A stretch of 64,000 nt of DNA from an uncultured Alphaproteobacteria bacterium. Its GTDB lineage: Bacteria; Pseudomonadota; Alphaproteobacteria; Micropepsales; Micropepsaceae. The notes under the pieces are model-generated. The model was not told the origin of the DNA, did no database searches, and saw nothing but the letters and a program-made list of their open reading frames with translations. The first letter of the stretch is position 1; each line of letters starts with the position of its first letter. Where the stretch lies: the NCBI GenBank assembly GCA_903897605.1, contig CAIUCH010000042.1, positions 22,465-86,464 of the forward strand. The letters are read 5' to 3'. A program made the translations under genes and the position numbers. This document shows, piece after piece, positions 57,724-64,000 of this stretch.

Positions 57724-60438
57724 TTAAACCAGCGCGCCGTGGCAGTGCTTGTATTTCCTGCCGGAACCGCAAGGGCAGGGTGCATTGCGCTGGACCTTGG
57801 ACCAAGTGGTGGGGTTGTTGACGTCCACCACGCCGGTCGGCACATGCCGGAATTCGCCGGGCGGGGGCGCCATTTCATCTTCCCCGGTGAGGGGATCGAT
57901 GTGACTGGCCTGCATCGGGGGCAGGGGGCGCGGCGCCAGATCGGGCGGCGGCGCGCCGGTCTGGATCTGCACATGCATCAGCTGATCAACCACTTCGCTG
58001 CGCAGCTTGGCCAGCAGCGCCTCGAACAATTCAAAGGCCTCGCTCTTATATTCGTTGAGCGGATCGCGCTGGCCGTAGCCGCGAAGCCCGACATATTGGC
58101 GCAGATGGTCGAGATTGACGATGTGCTCGCGCCAATTGGTGTCGAGCGTCTGCAGCAGGATCGCCTTTTCGACATAGCGGGTGACGTCGATGCCGAAATT
58201 TGCGGCACGCTCGGCGGCGCGCGCTTCCACCGCCTTCAGGATGCGCTCGCGCACTTCCTCGTCGGCGATGCCTTCTTCCTTGGTCCAATCCAGCACCGGC
58301 AGCTCGAGGCCGAAGATTTTCCCCACCTCGTCATGCAGTCCGGCCGCGTCCCATTGTTCGGCATAAGCCTTTTCCGGAATATGACGGGCAACCAGACTTT
58401 CCACGACTTCCTCGCGGAAATCGGCGATCTGGTCGGAAACGTCATCGGAATTCATGATCTCCTTGCGCTGTTCGAAGATCACTTTGCGCTGGGCATTGAG
58501 CACATCGTCGTATTTCAGGATGTTCTTGCGGATCTCGAAGTTGCGCGCTTCGACTTTCTGCTGCGCTTTTTCCAGGGCCTTGTTGACCCAGGGATGGGTG
58601 ATGGCCTCGCCCGGCTCAAGCCCCAGGCGGGTGAGGATCGCATCCATGCGCTCCGAGCCGAAGATGCGCATCAAATCGTCCTGCAGGGACAGGAAGAATT
58701 TGGAGGCGCCGGGATCGCCCTGGCGTCCGGAGCGGCCGCGCAGCTGATTGTCGATGCGGCGGCTTTCATGGCGTTCGGTGCCGATGACATAGAGCCCGCC
58801 CGCCGCCAGCGCCTTCTGCTTTTTGGCGGCAACTTCGTCGCGAATAGCCTGAATCGGACTCTCGCGCTCAGCCGGATCGGTCACCGTCGCAAGCTCATGG
58901 GCGATGCGCATGTCGGCATTGCCGCCCAGCTGAATGTCGGTACCGCGGCCCGCCATGTTGGTGGCGATTGTCACGGCGCCGGGCACGCCCGCTTGCGACA
59001 CGATGAAGGCTTCCTGTTCGTGATAGCGCGCATTCAGCACATTGTGGGGAATGTGGCGCTTCTTCATCAGCTCGGAAAGCTGTTCCGACTTCTCGATCGA
59101 GGTGGTGCCGACCAGCACTGGCTGATCCTTCGCACGGCAGGATTCGACCAGCTTGACGATGGCCTCGTTCTTTTCATCGGCGGTGCGATAGACTTCGTCG
59201 TCATAATCGATGCGCGCCACCGCGACATTGGTGGGAATGTCGCGAACATCCAGCTTGTAGATGTCCATGAATTCCGCCGCCTCGGTCATGGCGGTGCCGG
59301 TCATGCCGGCCAGCTTGTTGTAGAGGCGGAAATAATTCTGGAAGGTGATCGAGGCCAAGGTGACATTCTCGGACTGGACCGTGACCTGTTCCTTGGCTTC
59401 CAGCGCCTGATGCAGACCTTCGGAATAGCGGCGGCCTTCCATCATGCGGCCGGTGAATTCGTCGATGATGACCACTTGGTCACTCTTGACGATGTAATCC
59501 TTGTCGCGCTGGAACAGCTTGTGGGCCTTCAGCGCCTGGTTGACATGGTGCAGCACCGTGATGTTCTCGGTGTCGTAGAGATCGCCCTGGACCAGCAGAC
59601 TCGCATTGCGCAGAAGCTCGACCATATGTTCGGCGCCGCTTTCGGTCAGCGTCACCTGCTTGGATTTTTCGTCAAGATCGTAATCGGCGGGGTTGAGGCC
59701 GGACATGGTGGCATCCACCGCCCGGTACATCTCGGTGAGATCCTGGGTCGGACCGGAAATGATCAGCGGTGTACGCGCCTCGTCGACCAGGATGGAATCG
59801 ACTTCGTCCACGATGGCATAGGCATGGCCGCGCTGGGACATCGCGTTCAGCGTGTATTTCATGTTGTCGCGCAGATAGTCGAAGCCGAATTCGTTGTTGG
59901 TGCCGTAGGTGACATCGGCGCCATAGGCTTCGCGCCGCTCCTCGTCATTGAGACCATGCACGATGCAGCCGACCGAAAGGCCCAGGAAGCGGTAGATCTG
60001 GCCCATCCATTCGCTGTCGCGGCGGGCCAGATAATCATTGACCGTCACCACATGGACGCCTTCGCTGGTCAGGGCGTTGAGGTAGGTGGGCAGGGTGGCG
60101 ACCAGGGTCTTGCCTTCGCCGGTTCGCATTTCGGCGATATGGCCGTCATGCAGCACCATGCCGCCCACCAGCTGGACGTCGAAATGCCGCTGGCCCAGGG
60201 TCCGCTTGGCCGCCTCGCGCACCACCGCGAAGGCTTCCGGCAGCAGATCCTCCACGGTTTCGCCCGCCGCCAGCCTTTCGCGGAAGGCGGGGGTCATGGC
60301 CTTGAGCTCATCATTGCTCATTGCCTGGAAGCGGGGTTCCAGGGCGTTGATCTTGGCCACGACAGCCCATAAGGGCTTGATTTTGCGTTCATTGGCCGAG
60401 CCAAAGAACTGTTTGGCGAGCGCGCTGATGCCCAGCAT
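57724..60438 (-). CDS. secA: preprotein translocase ATPase SecA
   Basis: 904 aa with [45 protein letters not shown] and the C-terminal zinc motif [14 protein letters not shown]. Confidence 0.97.
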   Translation of the reverse strand: MLGISALAKQFFGSANERKIKPLWAVVAKINALEPRFQAMSNDELKAMTPAFRERLAAGETVEDLLPEAFAVVREAAKRTLGQRHFDVQLVGGMVLHDGHIAEMRTGEGKTLVATLPTYLNALTSEGVHVVTVNDYLARRDSEWMGQIYRFLGLSVGCIVHGLNDEERREAYGADVTYGTNNEFGFDYLRDNMKYTLNAMSQRGHAYAIVDEVDSILVDEARTPLIISGPTQDLTEMYRAVDATMSGLNPADYDLDEKSKQVTLTESGAEHMVELLRNASLLVQGDLYDTENITVLHHVNQALKAHKLFQRDKDYIVKSDQVVIIDEFTGRMMEGRRYSEGLHQALEAKEQVTVQSENVTLASITFQNYFRLYNKLAGMTGTAMTEAAEFMDIYKLDVRDIPTNVAVARIDYDDEVYRTADEKNEAIVKLVESCRAKDQPVLVGTTSIEKSEQLSELMKKRHIPHNVLNARYHEQEAFIVSQAGVPGAVTIATNMAGRGTDIQLGGNADMRIAHELATVTDPAERESPIQAIRDEVAAKKQKALAAGGLYVIGTERHESRRIDNQLRGRSGRQGDPGASKFFLSLQDDLMRIFGSERMDAILTRLGLEPGEAITHPWVNKALEKAQQKVEARNFEIRKNILKYDDVLNAQRKVIFEQRKEIMNSDDVSDQIADFREEVVESLVARHIPEKAYAEQWDAAGLHDEVGKIFGLELPVLDWTKEEGIADEEVRERILKAVEARAAERAANFGIDVTRYVEKAILLQTLDTNWREHIVNLDHLRQYVGLRGYGQRDPLNEYKSEAFELFEALLAKLRSEVVDQLMHVQIQTGAPPPDLAPRPLPPMQASHIDPLTGEDEMAPPPGEFRHVPTGVVDVNNPTTWSKVQRNAPCPCGSGRKYKHCHGALV

Positions 60439-60532
60439 GAAATCCTCTGTCGGGCCGTCTTGAAGGGCGTGACCGCCATTTCCGCGAATGCGGCCGCGCC
60501 GGAGACATAAGAACGGCCTATCCCATTGTCAA

Positions 60533-60551
60533 ATTTGGCCTAAGGCCAAAT
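60533..60551. promoter_or_regulatory. 19-bp perfect palindrome in the secA / argJ divergent intergenic region
   Basis: ATTTGGCCT-A-AGGCCAAAT is flanked by direct TTGTCAAA copies (about 60525-60532 and about 60558-60565). Its function is unknown; it could be an operator or an RNA hairpin. Confidence 0.3.
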
Positions 60552-60630
60552 GAGGCCTTGTCAAACCGGGCGATTTCCACACTATCCCGGGCCAACAGCC
60601 GCAGGGACGGCTATTTCCGGGGGACAGGTC

Positions 60631-61902
60631 ATGGCCAAGGGAAAGAAGGCGCCGGCGGGAAAAGCCGCCGTTGCCAAAATCTCGCCCTTGGCGCCCAAAA
60701 GCTTTGCCCATCTGCCGCCCCTGGCGGGGGTCAGGCTGGCCACGGGTGAGGCAGGGATCAAATACAAGAACCGCACCGATGTGCTGCTGGCGATCCTGGC
60801 GCCCGGCACCGAGGTGGCGGGGGTCTTCACCAAATCCAAGACCGCATCGGCGCCGGTGGATTGGTGCCGCGCCCAGCTGAAACGGGGCCAGGCCCGCGCC
60901 CTGGTGGTCAATAGCGGCAACGCCAATGCTTTCACCGGCCAAGCCGGCCTGGCGGGCACGCGCGCCGTGGCGGACGCGGCCAGCGCGGTGATCGGTTGCA
61001 AGGCGTCGGATGTCTTTCTGGCCTCGACCGGCGTGATCGGCGAGCCGCTGCCGTCGGAGAAGATCACCAAGATCCTGGGCCGCGTCGCCGATGACGCATC
61101 GGCGTCGGGCTGGCGCGCCGCCGCCGAAGCGATCATGACCACCGACACTTATCCCAAACTTGCCACTGCAACCGCAATGATCGATGGGGTCAAAGTGACG
61201 CTCAATGGCATCGCCAAGGGTTCGGGCATGATCGCGCCCGACATGGCGACCATGCTGGCCTTTGTCTTCACCGATGCCGCTCTGCCGTCGCACATATTGC
61301 AAGATTGCCTGAACGCCGGCGTGGGACCTTCCTTCAATTCCATCACGGTGGATTCGGACACCTCGACTAGCGATACGCTGCTTCTGTTCGCCACCGGCAA
61401 GGGCGCCAAGCATGGCGCGGTGTCAAAGGCATCCGACAAGCGGCTTTCGGCCTTTCGCAGGAGTCTGGATGCGCTGCTGCTTGAGCTGGCGCTTGGCGTC
61501 GTCAAGGATGGCGAGGGTGCGGAAAAATTGATCCAGGTGGATGTGACGGCTGCGGAAAATGATATCGCCGCACGTCGGATCGCGCTGGCAGTGGCGAACT
61601 CGCCGCTGGTCAAGACCGCCATCGCCGGCAACGACGCCAATTGGGGACGGGTGGTGATGGCGGTGGGCAAGGCCGGCGAGGCAGCAGACCGTGACAAGCT
61701 CAAAATCTCTTTCGGCGGTCATGTCGTTGCCGAGAAAGGCGCGCGCGCTCCCAGATATGATGAGGCCGCCGCCACCAAGGCCGTGTCGGGGCGCGAAGTT
61801 CAGGTCGCCATCGATCTGGGCCTTGGCAAGGGCGCGGCCCGGGTTTGGACCTGCGATCTGACGCATGGCTATATCGACATTAACGGGTCCTATCGCAGCT
61901 GA
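60631..61902 (+). CDS. argJ: bifunctional glutamate N-acetyltransferase / amino-acid acetyltransferase
   Basis: The internal start is [10 protein letters not shown] (423 aa). It has [22 protein letters not shown] and the autoprocessing site [14 protein letters not shown], and ends in [17 protein letters not shown]. Confidence 0.93.
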   Translation: MAKGKKAPAGKAAVAKISPLAPKSFAHLPPLAGVRLATGEAGIKYKNRTDVLLAILAPGTEVAGVFTKSKTASAPVDWCRAQLKRGQARALVVNSGNANAFTGQAGLAGTRAVADAASAVIGCKASDVFLASTGVIGEPLPSEKITKILGRVADDASASGWRAAAEAIMTTDTYPKLATATAMIDGVKVTLNGIAKGSGMIAPDMATMLAFVFTDAALPSHILQDCLNAGVGPSFNSITVDSDTSTSDTLLLFATGKGAKHGAVSKASDKRLSAFRRSLDALLLELALGVVKDGEGAEKLIQVDVTAAENDIAARRIALAVANSPLVKTAIAGNDANWGRVVMAVGKAGEAADRDKLKISFGGHVVAEKGARAPRYDEAAATKAVSGREVQVAIDLGLGKGAARVWTCDLTHGYIDINGSYRS

Positions 61903-61958
61903 CGGCCGGATCGAAGCTAACGGTCCGGTAATTTGGCCCCGTCTAGTATAAGCACACC

Positions 61959-62837
61959 ATGACCGACACCAACCGGGGACCGACACGCCGCGCCGCGCTG
62001 GGCGCCGCTGCGCTTTTGCTGCCGGTGCCGGCTTTTGCCATCGACGAGGGCTATGACGCGCCGGGCAGCGGCCTGGCCGCGATGGAGAAACAGCTCGGCC
62101 TGCGCATCGGGTTGGCGGCGCTCGATACCGGCAGCGGCAACTCCATCTTCTATCGCGAAAGCGAACGGTTCCTGATGTGCAGCACCTTCAAGGTGATGCT
62201 GGTGGCGGCGATCTTGGCGCGCGTCGATGCCGCAAAAGAGCATCTGGATCGGGTGATCCATTATCAGAAAAGCGATCTGCTGGAATACGCGCCGGAGACC
62301 ACGAAAAATCTTGCGCGCGGCATGAGCGTGCAGGCGCTCTGCGCGGCGGCGGTCATGGTCAGCGACAACACGGCGGCAAATCTTCTGTTCACCAGTATCG
62401 GCGGGCCGGGCGAAGTGACGCGTTTTGTGCGGAATCTCGGCGACAGCCGCACGCGCTTTGATCGGATTGAAGGCGCGCTGAATGTGCCCGATGGCGATCT
62501 CGACACCACCATGCCATCGGCGATGATCGCCAATTTGAAGGATATTCTGCTCGGCAAGGCTTTATCCGCAGCCTCGCGCAAGCAGCTGACCGACTGGATG
62601 ATCGCCTGCAACACCGGACTGACGCGCCTCAGAGGCGGGTTGCCGGCGGGCTGGAAGGCCGGCGACAAAACCGGCTCCGGTTCAAGCGCGCTCAACGACG
62701 TCGCCATCCTGTGGCCGCCAGGCAACCGCGCGCCGGTGCTGGTCTGCGCTTACACGGTGGGCAACAAACCGAACGACACGGCTGACGAACGCGCCCTTGC
62801 CGATATCGGGCGGATCGTGGCCACGGCGTTCGCATAG
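61959..62837 (+). CDS. class A beta-lactamase with Tat-type signal peptide
   Basis: 292 aa with the twin-arginine leader TRRAALGAAALLLPVPAFA. All four class A motifs are present: SxxK (CSTFK), SDN (VSDNTAANL), an omega-loop Glu (FDRIEGALN) and KTG (GDKTGSG). Confidence 0.88.
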   Translation: MTDTNRGPTRRAALGAAALLLPVPAFAIDEGYDAPGSGLAAMEKQLGLRIGLAALDTGSGNSIFYRESERFLMCSTFKVMLVAAILARVDAAKEHLDRVIHYQKSDLLEYAPETTKNLARGMSVQALCAAAVMVSDNTAANLLFTSIGGPGEVTRFVRNLGDSRTRFDRIEGALNVPDGDLDTTMPSAMIANLKDILLGKALSAASRKQLTDWMIACNTGLTRLRGGLPAGWKAGDKTGSGSSALNDVAILWPPGNRAPVLVCAYTVGNKPNDTADERALADIGRIVATAFA

Positions 62838-62844
62838 CGCTGGG

Positions 62845-63267
62845 TCAAACCAGCTCTGCGTCCAGTGTTATCTCTGCCTTCAGCAGTTTCGAGACCGGAC
62901 AGCCAGCCTTGGCTTTGGCGGCCAGCTCGTCGAACTTGGTCTTGTCGCAGCCAGGAATTTTTGCCTTCAAGGTCAGATGGACCTTGGTGATGGCGAACCC
63001 ATCGGCGAGTTTTTCCAAGGTCACATCGGCCCTGGTGTTCATCTCGTCGGCGGTGAGGCCCGCTTCACCCAGGATCAGGGACAGGGCCATGGTAAAGCAG
63101 CCGGCATGGGCGGCGCCGATAAGTTCTTCGGGATTTGTGCCGGGTTTGCCCTCGAAGCGGCTGGCGAAGCCATAGGGATACTGATTGAGTGCGCCGCTTT
63201 TGGTCGAAATCGCGCCTTTGCCGTCCTTCAGCCCACCATGCCAGACGGCTGTTCCAAATGTGGTCAT
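62845..63267 (-). CDS. osmC: OsmC-family peroxiredoxin
   Basis: 140 aa with the two conserved Cys contexts AAHAGCFTMAL and AGCPVSKLL. Confidence 0.92.
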   Translation of the reverse strand: MTTFGTAVWHGGLKDGKGAISTKSGALNQYPYGFASRFEGKPGTNPEELIGAAHAGCFTMALSLILGEAGLTADEMNTRADVTLEKLADGFAITKVHLTLKAKIPGCDKTKFDELAAKAKAGCPVSKLLKAEITLDAELV

Positions 63268-63379
63268 CTTTTTATCTCCTTGTCTTTGCGGCGACTTTCA
63301 TCCTCGCCGCCGATGGAAAGTTCCGTTAATGAACTTTTACCACGACATTTAATACGCCCTTAGCCCTGGATTGTTGACC

Positions 63380-63808
63380 ATGACACCTGACAACGCCAAT
63401 TCCGTCATTGTGGTGGTGGCAGTGGCGCTGATCGATCCGGATGGGCGTGTGCTGATCGCACAGCGGCCATCGGAGAAAGTGATGGCGGGGCTATGGGAAT
63501 TTCCGGGCGGCAAGATAGAGGTCGGGGAGACGCCGGAACAGGCGTTGATCCGCGAGCTGGACGAGGAACTGGGTATTTCGGTGCAGGAGCCTTGTCTGGC
63601 GCCTTACACCTTTGCCTCCCACAGTTACGACGGGTTTCACCTTCTGATGCCGCTATATCTGTGCCGCCGCTGGGACGGCGAACCCATTGCGCGCGAGCAC
63701 AGGGCGATCAAATGGGTCCGGCCGCGCGATCTCATCGCCGATCCGTTGGCCTATCCCATGCCCGCAGCCGATTTGCCGCTGCTTCCGATGCTGCGCGATC
63801 TGCTCTGA
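63380..63808 (+). CDS. mutT: Nudix hydrolase, MutT-type 8-oxo-dGTP diphosphatase
   Basis: The Nudix box is GLWEFPGGKIEVGETPEQALIRELDEELGI. The start is either the ATG at 63380 or the TTG at 63371. Confidence 0.88.
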   Translation: MTPDNANSVIVVVAVALIDPDGRVLIAQRPSEKVMAGLWEFPGGKIEVGETPEQALIRELDEELGISVQEPCLAPYTFASHSYDGFHLLMPLYLCRRWDGEPIAREHRAIKWVRPRDLIADPLAYPMPAADLPLLPMLRDLL

Positions 63809-63957
63809 AACATTTTGCCGCCGACGCATCCGGCGCCACCGCGATCGAATATGCCTTGATCGCGGCAATGATATCGATGGTGATCGTCGCGGCGGCCAGC
63901 AGCATGGGAACGCAGCTGCAGGCCATTTTCACAACCATATCGGGCGCGTTCTCCTAG
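63805..63957 (+). CDS. Flp-family type IVb pilin (start codon unresolved)
   Basis: (L)KHFAADASGATAIEYALIAAMISMVIVAAASSMGTQLQAIFTTISGAFS carries the Flp motif G/ATAIEY plus a hydrophobic helix. No ATG, GTG or TTG lies in frame just upstream. The nearest candidate is a CTG at 63805, overlapping the mutT TGA. The next in-frame ATG is at 63712, inside mutT. Confidence 0.65.
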   Translation: MKHFAADASGATAIEYALIAAMISMVIVAAASSMGTQLQAIFTTISGAFS

Positions 63958-64000
63958 AGCTTCCGCTCAACCGTGCCCAAGACATCGCTGAGCCGGCTTT

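Noticed and set aside
57739-60372. An 877-aa plus-strand ORF, the longest in the track besides secA.
   Set aside because: It lies exactly antisense to secA. Its translation is an Arg/Gly/Ala/His-rich low-complexity product typical of antisense frames in GC-rich DNA. The minus-strand product has every SecA motif.

Overview
This is a GC-rich, gene-dense chromosomal segment with about 60 protein genes and 2 tRNAs. It looks alphaproteobacterial: it carries an NDUFS4-like ETC complex I subunit, a SUV3-like helicase / S4 protein / fdxA / carD string, cobS-cobT with a J-domain protein and a divergent bolA, a tandem cold-shock-domain protein and an Flp pilin. The content is overwhelmingly housekeeping or central metabolism (secA, accA, argJ, aroK-aroB, xerD, pyrC, rpmB, ppa, methylmalonyl-CoA mutase, hisI, tag, photolyase, mutT, corA). 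I found no transposase, phage integrase, prophage, CRISPR array, toxin-antitoxin pair or recognisable defence system. I therefore judge this an ordinary core region, not an accessory island, and score all findings modestly. The best leads are these. (1) A seven-gene, translationally coupled string joins a CysK/CBS-like enzyme, 3-mercaptopyruvate sulfurtransferase and cystathionine beta-lyase to an OPT and a POT peptide importer plus a GNAT. (2) A molybdenum-cofactor (MCD) maturation cluster (two XdhC genes, a MoCF-binding+MocA fusion, an IscU/SufU-like protein) is interrupted by a two-component system and has no Mo-enzyme structural genes nearby. (3) An 89-bp tandem repeat re-duplicates the last codons and stop of corA together with a downstream hairpin. 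(4) An AI-2E transporter carries a C-terminal extension of about 240 aa that resembles a cobalamin-binding module lacking the His ligand. (5) An orphan ClpP paralog has a Ser-His-Asn triad. All functional calls come from motif recognition by eye on the supplied translations, and no database search was run. Start codons were refined by hand where the ORF track over-extends.
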